A stretch of DNA of 61,126 nt from a virus (lineage: Duplodnaviria > Caudoviricetes), in the IMG/VR virus record IMGVR_UViG_3300008954_003412, positions 1 through 61,126 of that record. One strand, 5' to 3'. Positions 18,359 through 28,616 of the stretch are shown here, one piece after another. The notes under the pieces were generated by a model that was not told the origin of the DNA, did not search any database, and saw only the letters and a program-made list of their open reading frames with translations. Every line of letters begins with the position of its first letter. Positions within the stretch are counted from its first letter, which is position 1. The translations under genes and the position numbers were made by a program.

Positions 18359-19276
18359 ATGAAGATTCTTATAAATAGAAAACCTGTTGATGGTCCTTGG
18401 GGCGGCGGAAATTTATTTGTGCGCGCCTTTTGTGAGGTTTTAAGATCATGTGGTCATGAAGTTGTGTTCAGTCTTGATCCTGGCTTAGATGTAATTTTTA
18501 TTCAAGATCCCAGATATAGCGATCTAGGTATTTCAATAAATGAAATTGCAAGATTTAAGAAAGAAAACCCAAGTGTAAAAATAATCCACAGAGTAAATGA
18601 GTGTGATGCAAGAAAAAACACCAAGGATGTTGATAGTCTATTAAGAGCATGCTCCAGCATTTCAGATACTACAGTTTTTGTCTCTCACTGGATGAAAGAT
18701 TACCATAAAAATCGGGACTGGCATTGTAAAGATACTGCTGTCGTCTATAATGGCGTGAACAAAGATCATTTTAAAAAAAGAGATAAAATAAAAAATAACA
18801 AAATCAACATCGTTGCCCACCACTGGTCAGATAATCGACTCAAAGGTGCAGATGTTTATGAGTTCTTAGATGATTTTGTTGGAAAAAATGATAAATTTAC
18901 TTTTACATATATTGGAAGAACGTCTAGTAAGTTTAAAAATACTAAAATTATAGAACCAATTTCTGGCCTGGTTTTAGGGGAAGAATTATCTAAATATGAC
19001 ATCTATGTAAGCGGCTCAAGATTTGATCCGGGACCCAATCATATTCTAGAAAGTCTCGCATGTGAAATGCCTACTTTTGTGCATGTAGATGGCGGAGGAG
19101 CCAAAGAGTTTGCTGGAAAAAACTTCTCATTTGAAACCCCGGAAGATTTATCCAAGCTTTTAGAAAATACTTCTTTAAATATTCAAAATTGTACTTTCCC
19201 AGGAACGTGGAGAGAATGCATAGGAAGATATCTTGCAATCATAGAAAGAAGTTTTGATAATGAAAATTGCATTTGA
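18359..19276 (+). CDS. GT4-like glycosyltransferase
   Basis: WGGGN; VYNG; SRFDPGPNHILESLAC. Confidence 0.82.
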   Translation: MKILINRKPVDGPWGGGNLFVRAFCEVLRSCGHEVVFSLDPGLDVIFIQDPRYSDLGISINEIARFKKENPSVKIIHRVNECDARKNTKDVDSLLRACSSISDTTVFVSHWMKDYHKNRDWHCKDTAVVYNGVNKDHFKKRDKIKNNKINIVAHHWSDNRLKGADVYEFLDDFVGKNDKFTFTYIGRTSSKFKNTKIIEPISGLVLGEELSKYDIYVSGSRFDPGPNHILESLACEMPTFVHVDGGGAKEFAGKNFSFETPEDLSKLLENTSLNIQNCTFPGTWRECIGRYLAIIERSFDNENCI

Positions 19277-19631
19277 TTTAGATGGCGTAATCTGCAAAAG
19301 AACATCTGAAGATGGCGGAGTAGAAAAATACAATACATGCTATCCTGATTTAGACGTTGTAAAAATAGTCAACGAGCTTACCAATTCAGGAAATCAAGTT
19401 TTTATTTATACTGCAAGGGGTATGAACACATTTGACGGCGATGTAAGCAGAGTTTACGATAATCTATATAGCTTAACAAAGAACCAGCTCAAAAACTGGG
19501 GTGTAAATTATACACAACTTATAATGGGTAAAGCATCTTACGACCTCCTCATTGATGATAAAGCACTAAATTCTAAAATTATAAAGTCGACAAAGACAAT
19601 TACAGACTTCTTGACTAATAATGAATCATAA
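19254..19631 (+). CDS. HAD-superfamily phosphatase (capsule-biosynthesis type)
   Basis: FDLDGVIC; YTARG; MGK..D.LIDDK. Likely start is ATG 19260. Confidence 0.85.
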   Translation: MIMKIAFDLDGVICKRTSEDGGVEKYNTCYPDLDVVKIVNELTNSGNQVFIYTARGMNTFDGDVSRVYDNLYSLTKNQLKNWGVNYTQLIMGKASYDLLIDDKALNSKIIKSTKTITDFLTNNES

Positions 19632-20022
19632 GATAGTTTTTACAAATGGTTGCTTTGATATTCTTCACAAAGGACATGTAGAGCTTTTAAAGTATTGCAA
19701 GACGCTTGGGTGTAAAGTAATTGTAGGTATCAATAGTGACAAAAGCGTAAAAAGACTCAAGGGCAATACACGCCCAATCAGCTGCCAGAGTGACAGAAAG
19801 GCTGTTCTAGAATCAATCAAGTTTGTTGATGAGGTTTTCATATTTGAAGAAGACACCCCTTATAGATTGATCAAATCTATTAATCCAGATGTAATTGTAA
19901 AAGGCGGCGATTACAAGAAAGAAGATGTTGTAGGAAGCGACCTTTGTGAAGTAAAGATTTTTAATTTTATAGACGGGTATTCTACGTCTTCTATCCTTGA
20001 TGAGATTTTGAATGGTAAATAA
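19621..20022 (+). CDS. rfaE2: Heptose-1-phosphate nucleotidyltransferase (RfaE domain II/HldC)
   Basis: VFTNGCFDILHKGH; NSDKSVKRLKG..RP; VKGGDY; GYSTS. Confidence 0.92.
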   Translation: MNHKIVFTNGCFDILHKGHVELLKYCKTLGCKVIVGINSDKSVKRLKGNTRPISCQSDRKAVLESIKFVDEVFIFEEDTPYRLIKSINPDVIVKGGDYKKEDVVGSDLCEVKIFNFIDGYSTSSILDEILNGK

Positions 20023-20815
20023 AATTAAAGATCCAAAAATTTTGATTTTTGGAGAAACATGTATCGATCGATATATTTTTGGCACATGCAGCCGCCTTAG
20101 TCCAGAAGATCCCGTTCCTATCTTTGTTGATTCTGGAAATATCGACGACCGCCCCGGAATGTCAAAAAATGTTTTAAAAAATTTAGAAAATCTCGGAAAC
20201 AATATTGACCACATTACGCATAATGAAAAAATTATTAAAACAAGGATTGTAGCTACTGGGTATGCACACTATAGAAGCCTTCTAAGAATAGACAAAGAAG
20301 CAAAAGTTAGACCACTTAGCAATAAAAGGTTAAATAGTATTAGATTTTCTGACTATGATATTATTGTAATTTCTGACTACAATAAAGGGTTTTTAAGCCA
20401 TGATACTTGTAGAAAAATTTGCAAACTAGCATTCACCAATAATAAAAAAGTCTTTGTAGATTCTAAAAAAACTGATCTTTCATGTTTTGAAAATGCTGTT
20501 ATCAAAATAAATCAACTTGAAAAAAGCCTATGCAATAAACTTCCTAAAAACTTTGAGATAATTGTTACTTTGGGATCTAAGGGCGCAATCTATAAAGATA
20601 AAATTATTCCTGCATTTAATAAATATATTGCTGATGATTTGGGGCAAAGAGATGTTTGCGGCGCCGGAGATACATTTTTGGCTGCCCTTATACATAAGTT
20701 CATTAGAAGTAATAATCTAAAAGAGGCAATTGAGTTTGCTAACAAATGTGCAGCAATTGTTGTTTGCAGATTTGGAACATCACAAATTTCTAAAGACGAT
20801 TTAAAAGATTTATAA
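20012..20815 (+). CDS. rfaE1: Heptose-7-phosphate kinase (RfaE domain I/HldA, PfkB family)
   Basis: RLSPEDPVP; ISDYNKG; DVCGAGDTF. Confidence 0.88.
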   Translation: MVNKIKDPKILIFGETCIDRYIFGTCSRLSPEDPVPIFVDSGNIDDRPGMSKNVLKNLENLGNNIDHITHNEKIIKTRIVATGYAHYRSLLRIDKEAKVRPLSNKRLNSIRFSDYDIIVISDYNKGFLSHDTCRKICKLAFTNNKKVFVDSKKTDLSCFENAVIKINQLEKSLCNKLPKNFEIIVTLGSKGAIYKDKIIPAFNKYIADDLGQRDVCGAGDTFLAALIHKFIRSNNLKEAIEFANKCAAIVVCRFGTSQISKDDLKDL

Positions 20816-20824
20816 GAAGATAAA

Positions 20825-21718
20825 ATGCCTAATCCGCTAATTTCAATTGCAATTCATTCTGGAAAGAGAGAATATTATCCGCTGCTAGAGAATCTTTTAA
20901 AGTCATTCTTAGTCTGTAATACATACCCAGAAGTAGAAATTATCTTATTAGAAACCGCACAAAACTTTGATATTAGACAGTGGTTTTTAGATATCGACTT
21001 CAATGATAAGTTTGTAAACTTTGATGGTACAAAAACATCTATAGAAAAAACTCCCGGAACTAACATACAAAAGAAAGCTTTGTTCTTAAATTACGATGAA
21101 AGTGTGCCCTGGTTCACGTGCTATATGGATGCAATGAATAAATCAGTAAAAGAATCAAAAGGAGAATATTTTGCTTTTTTAGCGGAAGATAATCAGTTTT
21201 TTATAAAAGGTAATATTTTTCAAGATTATGTTGCATTACTAGAAGGCCTAGGAAAATCTATGTATATGACAAATCTCTCGGGTTTACATGGTTATAAATA
21301 CACTAAAAAGAATAATAGTTTTTCTCCGCCAGAATCTGTAAATAATATAATGCTTTTTAAGTGTAACTACACTAAATGGGATCCAACATATTTTTGTCAT
21401 AAAAGTATTTATAAAGCTTTGGGCAAACATGCAATGTCTACTGTAGAAAATCCCCATCAAACTATTGAGTATTTTTCTAAAAAAGCACAAGACATCGGAT
21501 TGAAAAGATGTTTCAAGCATATTTCCGCAGTAATTTGGATGCAAAACAATAAAAGAGATCAGCTTATAAACAAGATTAAAAAAAGAACATTAAAAAATCC
21601 TGACTATATCTTGTATAAAATTAGCACACTAGAAGAAGTCAAAGAAATCAAAAAACACGTCAGAAAAGACCAGCTTACTCCATTTTCTGGAGATTTGTGG
21701 AAGACCAATGATGAATAA
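20825..21718 (+). CDS. Divergent GT2-like glycosyltransferase
   Basis: PLISIAI; YPEVEIILLE; SKGEYFAFLAED. Confidence 0.6.
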   Translation: MPNPLISIAIHSGKREYYPLLENLLKSFLVCNTYPEVEIILLETAQNFDIRQWFLDIDFNDKFVNFDGTKTSIEKTPGTNIQKKALFLNYDESVPWFTCYMDAMNKSVKESKGEYFAFLAEDNQFFIKGNIFQDYVALLEGLGKSMYMTNLSGLHGYKYTKKNNSFSPPESVNNIMLFKCNYTKWDPTYFCHKSIYKALGKHAMSTVENPHQTIEYFSKKAQDIGLKRCFKHISAVIWMQNNKRDQLINKIKKRTLKNPDYILYKISTLEEVKEIKKHVRKDQLTPFSGDLWKTNDE

Positions 21719-22721
21719 AAATGCTATTATAACAGGAATTGCGGGAATGGTAGGTTCCCATCTTGCTGACTATCTTTTAGAAAATACTGATTGGGATATT
21801 ATAGGCTTTCTAAGATGGAATGATCCTATGGAGAACCTATCTCATCTTTTTGAAAGAATCAATAACAAAGATAGAATAACTTTGTTCTTTGGAGATCTCA
21901 ATGACCAGAGTTCAATTCATTCATGCTTGAAGGAAAACAAACCTGATTATATTTTTCATCTTGCAGCACAATCATATCCTCAAACTAGTTTTGTAGCTCC
22001 GATAGATACGCTGAATACTAATATTCTAGGAACTGCCAAGCTTTTGGAAGAAGTAAAAAATTTAAACTATGATCCTGTAATTCATGTCTGCGCTTCTTCT
22101 GAGGTTTTTGGAAAAGTACCAAAAAAATATTTGCCTATAAATGAAGATGTTCCATTTCATCCTGCATCACCATACGCTATATCTAAAGTTGGAACAGACT
22201 TAGTCGGACGCTATTATGCAGAAGCATATAATATGAAAATAATGACTACAAGAATGTTTACACATACTGGGCCAAGAAGAGGAGATGTTTTTGCAGAATC
22301 AACTTTTGCTAAACAAATTGCCATGATTGAAAAGGGTCTTATTGATCCTGTAATAAAAGTGGGGAATTTAGATTCTCTTAGAACATGGGCTGATGTAAGA
22401 GATGCGGTAAGGGCATATTATATGCTGGTTACAAATAATCCAATCTCAGGCGAGTATTACAATATTGGTGGATCGTATAGCTGTACAATAAAAGAAATGC
22501 TTGATTTTCTTGTAAGAAATTCAACTTGCAAAAATATTGAAATACAGGTAGACCCTGAGAGATTAAGGCCGATTGATGCAAATTTGCAAGTTCCTGATAC
22601 ATCAAAGTTTAAAAAACATACAGGATGGGAGCCGCAAATTAAATTTGAAACAACAATGCTAGACCTCCTAGATTACTGGAGAGAAAGAGTTAAGTCAGGA
22701 AAAATGTTTCTGACAAGGTAA
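21708..22721 (+). CDS. GDP-sugar 4,6-dehydratase resembling GDP-manno-heptose dehydratase DmhA/DdahA
   Basis: FHLAAQSYP.TSF; ASPYAISKVGTD; THTGPRRGDVFAESTFAKQIA; RLRPIDA. Confidence 0.85.
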   Translation: MMNKNAIITGIAGMVGSHLADYLLENTDWDIIGFLRWNDPMENLSHLFERINNKDRITLFFGDLNDQSSIHSCLKENKPDYIFHLAAQSYPQTSFVAPIDTLNTNILGTAKLLEEVKNLNYDPVIHVCASSEVFGKVPKKYLPINEDVPFHPASPYAISKVGTDLVGRYYAEAYNMKIMTTRMFTHTGPRRGDVFAESTFAKQIAMIEKGLIDPVIKVGNLDSLRTWADVRDAVRAYYMLVTNNPISGEYYNIGGSYSCTIKEMLDFLVRNSTCKNIEIQVDPERLRPIDANLQVPDTSKFKKHTGWEPQIKFETTMLDLLDYWRERVKSGKMFLTR

Positions 22722-22727
22722 AAAATA

Positions 22728-24245
22728 ATGAATAAAAAATTAGATGTCTTGTTTGTTCATCCAAATGCTTCTGGGAAAGTTTATCAAGATCTAAGTAAAG
22801 ATTTTGCTGCTATTGAACCACCAATTTGGGCAGCACTTTTAGCAAATCATACAAGATCTAAAGGGTTTGATACAAGAATTCTAGATTGCGAAGCAGAGAG
22901 ACTTTCATACTCTGAAAGCGTAAAAACAATAACAAATATAAATGCAAGACTTGTCGTTATTGTAGTTTATGGGCAACAACCGTCAGCATCTACTCAAAAT
23001 ATGGAAGGTGTAAGATCACTTTTATCACTCTTGAAAAAAGAAGATACAAAAGATTTCAAGACTCTATTGGTGGGATTGCATCCATCTGCTTTAGCTAGAC
23101 AAACTCTTGAAATCGAAGATGCAGATTTTGTTTGTCAAGGTGAAGGACCACATACAATAACAGGATTGCTACGATGTAGCGATATGAGAAACGTAGATGA
23201 GCTAAAAAATGTTCCAGGATTATGGTTTTGGAAAAATAATAAAGTAGCATATACCAAACCCGCACCCATAATAAGTCAGGACAATCTAGACAAAGAACTT
23301 CCTGGAATGGCGTGGGATCTTCTTCCTATGAAAAAATACAGAACTGCTAATTGGCATGCTATGTCAAACAATAATGATCGAGAACCATTTGCATCGCTCT
23401 ATACTAGCTTAGGCTGCCCGTTTAAATGCAGTTTTTGCTGTATTAATGCACCGTTTGGTAATAACAATTTAGAAAACTGGGATCATGGAAGAAATAAATT
23501 TAGATTCTGGAGCCCGGATTTTATTATTGAAGAATTTGACAAGATACATAAGTTAGGAATAAGGAATGTTAAGATAGCAGATGAAATGTTTGTTCTTAAT
23601 AAATCTCATTTCTTATCTTTGTGCAATAAAATTATTGAAAGAAAATATGATTTTAATATTTGGGCGTACGCTAGAATTGACACAGTCAAAGAAGAGTATT
23701 TAGATACACTTAAAAAAGCAGGAGTAAATTGGCTTGCGCTAGGAATCGAGTCAGGAAATTCTGCAGTTAGAAAAGATGTAGTAAAAGGAAAATTCACTGA
23801 GCTCAATATTAAAGATTTAGTTAAAAAAATTCAAGATGCGGGAATTAACGTTATAGGAAACTATATTTTTGGATTACCAGAAGATGACAATTCATCTATG
23901 AGAGAAACTTTAGACTTAGCAAAAGACTTGCAATGTGAGTTTGCAAATTTTTATTGCACAATGGCGTATCCCGGATCTAAGCTTTATCTAGATGCGATAA
24001 AAAACGGATGGGAGTTACCAGATTCTTATATTGGTTATTCACAACATGCATATGAAATGAAACCGCTAAATACCTGCAAGATATCAGCTAAAGATGTAGT
24101 AAAATTTAGAGATAGTGCATTTCATGAATATTATGAAGATCCAAACTATTTAGATTTTGTTGAAAATAAATTTGGAATCAATACAAGAAATGAAATTGTA
24201 AAAATGACAAAGCACCGCCTCAAAAGAAAAATTCTAGGTGATTAA
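22728..24245 (+). CDS. Cobalamin-binding radical SAM enzyme
   Basis: N-terminal B12-binding domain (GLHPS, QGEG); CPFKCSFC; LGIESG. Confidence 0.92.
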   Translation: MNKKLDVLFVHPNASGKVYQDLSKDFAAIEPPIWAALLANHTRSKGFDTRILDCEAERLSYSESVKTITNINARLVVIVVYGQQPSASTQNMEGVRSLLSLLKKEDTKDFKTLLVGLHPSALARQTLEIEDADFVCQGEGPHTITGLLRCSDMRNVDELKNVPGLWFWKNNKVAYTKPAPIISQDNLDKELPGMAWDLLPMKKYRTANWHAMSNNNDREPFASLYTSLGCPFKCSFCCINAPFGNNNLENWDHGRNKFRFWSPDFIIEEFDKIHKLGIRNVKIADEMFVLNKSHFLSLCNKIIERKYDFNIWAYARIDTVKEEYLDTLKKAGVNWLALGIESGNSAVRKDVVKGKFTELNIKDLVKKIQDAGINVIGNYIFGLPEDDNSSMRETLDLAKDLQCEFANFYCTMAYPGSKLYLDAIKNGWELPDSYIGYSQHAYEMKPLNTCKISAKDVVKFRDSAFHEYYEDPNYLDFVENKFGINTRNEIVKMTKHRLKRKILGD

Positions 24246-24734
24246 ATGAATAAAAATATTGCAGGCGTAAAAGTAATTCAGCCAGATGTTCACGTAGATT
24301 TTCGAGGAGATTTGTGGACAATTTGGAACAAAAATGAAACTAATATTCCGCTAGAGTTTAATCATGACAAAGTATCTACATCTCGTCAAAGCGTTCTTCG
24401 AGGAATTCATGGGGATTTCAAGTCCCACAAGTTAGTTACATGTCTTTATGGAGAACTATATTTTGTTATAGTTGATAATAGAAAAAACTCTCCTACATAT
24501 ATGGAATATGATTCAATGATTTTAGATGATAGATCTAGAAAGCAAGTTCTTTTGCCACCTGGCGTAGGAAATGGATTTGTTGTTCTTAGTAAAAATTCTG
24601 TCTTTCATTATAAGTGGTCATATGAAGGAAATTATCCAGATGTAGATAAACAGTTTACAATAAAATGGAATGACCCAAGACTTAATATTGATTGGCCTAT
24701 TTCTAATCCAATCTTACAACTAAGAGATAAATAA
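24246..24734 (+). CDS. RmlC-family NDP-4-keto-sugar 3,5-epimerase
   Basis: DFRG; VLRGIHGD; KLVTCLYG; WNDPRLNIDWP. Confidence 0.9.
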   Translation: MNKNIAGVKVIQPDVHVDFRGDLWTIWNKNETNIPLEFNHDKVSTSRQSVLRGIHGDFKSHKLVTCLYGELYFVIVDNRKNSPTYMEYDSMILDDRSRKQVLLPPGVGNGFVVLSKNSVFHYKWSYEGNYPDVDKQFTIKWNDPRLNIDWPISNPILQLRDK

Positions 24735-25366
24735 TGAATTTAAAAATACCGAGTCATCTTAAAAAAGTTAGAAATCCGCTAAAGAGCGAAAAAGAGCTTA
24801 TTGATTTTGAAGCAAAAGTAAGAGATTATTATGAAGATGGAAAAATCAGAGGCCCAATTCATCTAGCCAAAAACAACGAAAAAGAGTTGATTGAAATATT
24901 CCAATACATAGACAAGAATGACTGGGTATTTGTTCCGTGGAGAAATCACTATCATGCTCTTTTGCATGGTGTTGATCCTAACAAGCTTTTTAACTCTATT
25001 TTAGAGGGGAGAAGTATGGGGACAAATAATGTAAATCCAAATTTTTATGCTTCGTCTATCGTTGGTGGGATTCTTTCTCCTGCTCTCGGCGTAGCAATGG
25101 CACTAAAGCGCAAAGGATCTAAAAGCAAAGTGTGGTGTTTTGTTGGAGATATGACGTCAGAAACAGGCGTTTTTCATGAAGCATTTAAATATGCTAAAAA
25201 CTTTGATCTACCAATACAGTGGGTAATTGAAGACAACGATATGAGTGTTCATACACCAACAGAAATGGCGTGGGGGTCTAAGCAAGATATTCCAGAGGGT
25301 GCAATCTATTACAAATATGAAATGGGATATCCGCATCACGGAACAGGAAAGTGGGTTAATTTTTAA
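24734..25366 (+). CDS. TPP-dependent enzyme, E1-alpha-like subunit (short)
   Basis: WRNHYHAL; SIVGG; TPP motif VGD...EDN. Confidence 0.85.
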   Translation: MNLKIPSHLKKVRNPLKSEKELIDFEAKVRDYYEDGKIRGPIHLAKNNEKELIEIFQYIDKNDWVFVPWRNHYHALLHGVDPNKLFNSILEGRSMGTNNVNPNFYASSIVGGILSPALGVAMALKRKGSKSKVWCFVGDMTSETGVFHEAFKYAKNFDLPIQWVIEDNDMSVHTPTEMAWGSKQDIPEGAIYYKYEMGYPHHGTGKWVNF

Positions 25367-25368
25367 TT

Positions 25369-25905
25369 ATGAAATATAAAGAAGAGCTTATAAGATCGAT
25401 GGAGTGGCTTGGCCAAAAGGAAGACGCAGTATTTTTGGGTCAAGCATGCAAAGTAAGCGGTCATGCGATTTCATCAACTTTGGAAAAAGTTCCAATGGAA
25501 AAAAGAATCGAGTTGCCAGTATTTGAAGAGACACAGCTAGGAATGTCGACAGGAATGGCGCTTGAAGGCTTTGTTCCCGTAACAATGTATCCAAGATTCG
25601 ATTTTTTTATCCTTGCTTGCAATCAACTCGTTAATCATCTAGACAAGATGCAGGACATGTCTAAAGGGGATATGAAGCCAAGGGTTATAATCCGGGTATC
25701 AGTAGGATCTAAAAACCCAATCGATGCTGGGCCGCAACATACACAAAACCATATTGAAGCATTTAGAAAAATGCTTACAGAAGTCAATGTTGTAGATCTT
25801 AAAGAGCCTGAAGATATTTTCCCAGCCTTTAAAGAGGCATATGAAAACAAAGATTCAAAGTCTACACTTCTCGTAGAATATGGTGAGTATTATGGGACAA
25901 AATAG
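25369..25905 (+). CDS. TPP-dependent enzyme, E1-beta/transketolase pyrimidine-binding subunit
   Basis: ELPVFEETQLGMSTGMAL; NQLVN; GPQH. Confidence 0.85.
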   Translation: MKYKEELIRSMEWLGQKEDAVFLGQACKVSGHAISSTLEKVPMEKRIELPVFEETQLGMSTGMALEGFVPVTMYPRFDFFILACNQLVNHLDKMQDMSKGDMKPRVIIRVSVGSKNPIDAGPQHTQNHIEAFRKMLTEVNVVDLKEPEDIFPAFKEAYENKDSKSTLLVEYGEYYGTK

Positions 25906-27085
25906 ATTTAGTTGGCCATTAATAAATGACAACATTACACAAGAAGATAAAGATGCGCTAGTCGAATTTATCCAGACGCCCGATGTAAGATTCACCCAGT
26001 TCAAAAATGTAAAAAGATTTGAAGAGGAGTGGTCAAGCTGGCTCGGGGTCAAAAATACAACATACGTAAATTCAGGCGCATCTGCTAACTGGATTATGGC
26101 ATCTATCCTTAAAGAAAAGCATGGCGCCGGAGAAATAATTTTAAGTCCATTTGGTTGGGTATCTGACATTGTTCCTTTTCTAGTGTTAGGATTTAAGCCT
26201 GTTTTTGTTGATGTTGATATGAAAAATATGTCTTCAAGCACAGATGCAATAATTGATGCAATTACCAAAGATACCAAGGCCGTTTTGATGGTTCATATTT
26301 TGGGATTTAATGGCCTTACAGAAAAGCTGGTAAACACCCTTGATGAAAAAAATATTATGCTTATTGAAGATTGCTGTGAATCTCATGGTGCGACATTCAA
26401 TGGAAAGAAAATTGGAACATTTGGTGAAATGTCTAACTTCTCATTTTATTTTGGTCATCATATGACAACTATTGAAGGTGGAACAGTTTGCACTAATAGT
26501 GATGAGGTTCACGATTTAGCTAGGATGTTTAGATCACACGGAATGACACGAGAGGCATCCCAGATAACGCAGAACAAATATAAAGAAGCATATCCAGATC
26601 TCAACCCACTCTTTACTTTCGCAGTTCCAGGATTTAATCTGAGATCACATGAGCTTTGTGCAGTAATGGGTCGAAGCCAATTAAAAAGACTGGATAGTAA
26701 TATCGAGAAAAGATGTGAAAACTTTGATATTTGGCTATCTACTCTTGATAGTGATATCTTCATTACGGGCTTCAATACAGAGGGTTCTAGTAACTTTGCA
26801 CTCCCTTTGATTCTTAAGAGCAAAGACAGAACTTTGTTCGGCAAAATCCAGAAAGAACTTGACAAACTAAAGGTAGAGTTTAGAAAAGGAACTGCAGGAG
26901 GCGGAAATCAATATCGTCAACCTTATTTAGAGAAATTCAAAGATCAATATCGCATTTCCGGAAATTTAGATACCCTAAACCATATTCATGATTTTGGACT
27001 TTATATCGGAAATCATACAGATTTATCTGAAGATCAAATTAAGAACGTTTGTTATGCGCTTAACAAAGCAGGAAAAAATATATGA
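25880..27085 (+). CDS. DegT/DnrJ-family PLP enzyme, ColD/RfbH-like 3-dehydratase
   Basis: VNSGASAN; IEDCCESHG; SFYFGHHMTTIEGG with His in place of the Schiff-base Lys. Likely start 25892. Confidence 0.85.
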   Translation: MVSIMGQNRFSWPLINDNITQEDKDALVEFIQTPDVRFTQFKNVKRFEEEWSSWLGVKNTTYVNSGASANWIMASILKEKHGAGEIILSPFGWVSDIVPFLVLGFKPVFVDVDMKNMSSSTDAIIDAITKDTKAVLMVHILGFNGLTEKLVNTLDEKNIMLIEDCCESHGATFNGKKIGTFGEMSNFSFYFGHHMTTIEGGTVCTNSDEVHDLARMFRSHGMTREASQITQNKYKEAYPDLNPLFTFAVPGFNLRSHELCAVMGRSQLKRLDSNIEKRCENFDIWLSTLDSDIFITGFNTEGSSNFALPLILKSKDRTLFGKIQKELDKLKVEFRKGTAGGGNQYRQPYLEKFKDQYRISGNLDTLNHIHDFGLYIGNHTDLSEDQIKNVCYALNKAGKNI

Positions 27086-27513
27086 GTAGAAAATGGCTTC
27101 CATCATTTGCAGATCTAATTGATAGAGTTTCAATACATCAACTTAAAGAAGTTTTTATACCCGAAAATAAAGAAGTTTACTCCAGGGAAATGAATGATAT
27201 TGAACATGATTTAGATTTAATTATTCAAGAAAACGATATCAAGCTTACGGGTGAACTAATTAGATCAATTGTTGTTTTGTCACAGATGAATGAACACATC
27301 TGGTATAATGAATCTGAGGCAAGAAAAGGCCGTGACCAAGATCTAGAAAAGCTTAAGCTTACACACGGAATCAACGGTGTCAGAAACAGAGTAATGAATC
27401 TTATCAAAGTATTGTCAGGAGAAGGAGATCGACTTGATTTAAAGATTGATTGTCTAGCAAATGAATTTAAAGACTGGGACATTTCTCTTCTTTCTAATAG
27501 AAACAAAAAATGA
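27082..27513 (+). CDS. Hypothetical helical protein of glycan loci
   Basis: ADLIDRVSIHQLK; ATGA overlaps at both ends. Confidence 0.7.
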   Translation: MSRKWLPSFADLIDRVSIHQLKEVFIPENKEVYSREMNDIEHDLDLIIQENDIKLTGELIRSIVVLSQMNEHIWYNESEARKGRDQDLEKLKLTHGINGVRNRVMNLIKVLSGEGDRLDLKIDCLANEFKDWDISLLSNRNKK

Positions 27514-28616
27514 AAATTGCTTTTTTAATAGATAAGACACAGACTTTTCAAATTATTGCATCAACGCTTTATGAGTCTTTGTCTAGAGGACATGATTGCA
27601 CTCTGCTATGTAATTTTGAGCCAAAGAATCTAGGCTATCTTATCAATATAGAACCCAAAATAAGTGAGTTTAAAAACCTTACATGGGTTTATCACCTTGA
27701 TAAAAATGTTCTTATAGATAGAGTTTCAAAAGATAGAAAGCTTTTTGATGTCTGTTTAGGAATAAATCTTTTTAACAAGGGTTGGAAAAGAATATATGAA
27801 AATGACAATAAATTAAACTACAGTTTAGAATATTGCTGGAATGAAATTTATAATCAAGTAAGTGACTTCAAAAGCAATACAACACTTTTTTGCAACTCTG
27901 ATAATACGAAAACAATACTAGAAGAATTATCAGGTTATCAAAACTTAGAATCATTAGGAAGTCCGTGGTTTGAGTTTTTAACAAATTTTAAGAATGCCAA
28001 ATCCAAAAAAAGAAAAATAGCTTTTTTAACACCGCATAACAGCCTTTACATAAAACATCCTAAATTATTCTCAAAAGTTGAAAAGATCTTGCAGCATCTT
28101 AGAGTCTGGTGCGACAATAACAATTTTGAGCTTATTCTAAAGGATAGGCAAAAATATAACAATCGCTACAATAAGACAATAAATTTTGATGCAATAGAAT
28201 CAGACTCTGATGTTTTAAGTCATATACTTTTATATGCAGGCTCAGATATTGTTATTCATTTTTGCTCATCTGCTATTAATGAGTTAGCATTTTTAGAAAC
28301 GCCTTGTTTATCATTGACACCTGATTATCAAAAAAATCTGCACACAGACAGAATACATCACCCAGGGATTTTAAAACTCCATGAAAAATATTACAGCGGT
28401 GAAATCTTTGACGGAAAACATTCTGATTTTTTAAATTCTGATGAAATGTCTGGAAATAAAATTATAGAAAAAATCTCTGGGTTGTTAGAATCTAAAAAGG
28501 ATTGGGATTATTTTAAAAATAAATTTTTTCCAGGTGATCATAAAAATGCATCAAAAAGAATTATCGACAGAATAGAAAAAGATTTTAATGAGTCTAAAAG
28601 CGAGCCAGATAACTAG
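27510..28616 (+). CDS. Putative GT-B fold glycosyl/phosphotransferase
   Basis: LGSPWF; SDIVIHFCSSAINE; C-terminal NASKRI. Confidence 0.55.
   Translation: MKIAFLIDKTQTFQIIASTLYESLSRGHDCTLLCNFEPKNLGYLINIEPKISEFKNLTWVYHLDKNVLIDRVSKDRKLFDVCLGINLFNKGWKRIYENDNKLNYSLEYCWNEIYNQVSDFKSNTTLFCNSDNTKTILEELSGYQNLESLGSPWFEFLTNFKNAKSKKRKIAFLTPHNSLYIKHPKLFSKVEKILQHLRVWCDNNNFELILKDRQKYNNRYNKTINFDAIESDSDVLSHILLYAGSDIVIHFCSSAINELAFLETPCLSLTPDYQKNLHTDRIHHPGILKLHEKYYSGEIFDGKHSDFLNSDEMSGNKIIEKISGLLESKKDWDYFKNKFFPGDHKNASKRIIDRIEKDFNESKSEPDN

Noticed and set aside
24734-25905. Pyruvate dehydrogenase pdhA/pdhB as central-metabolism genes
   Set aside because: Both are much shorter than true E1 subunits, no E2/E3 is present, and the context is sugar tailoring.
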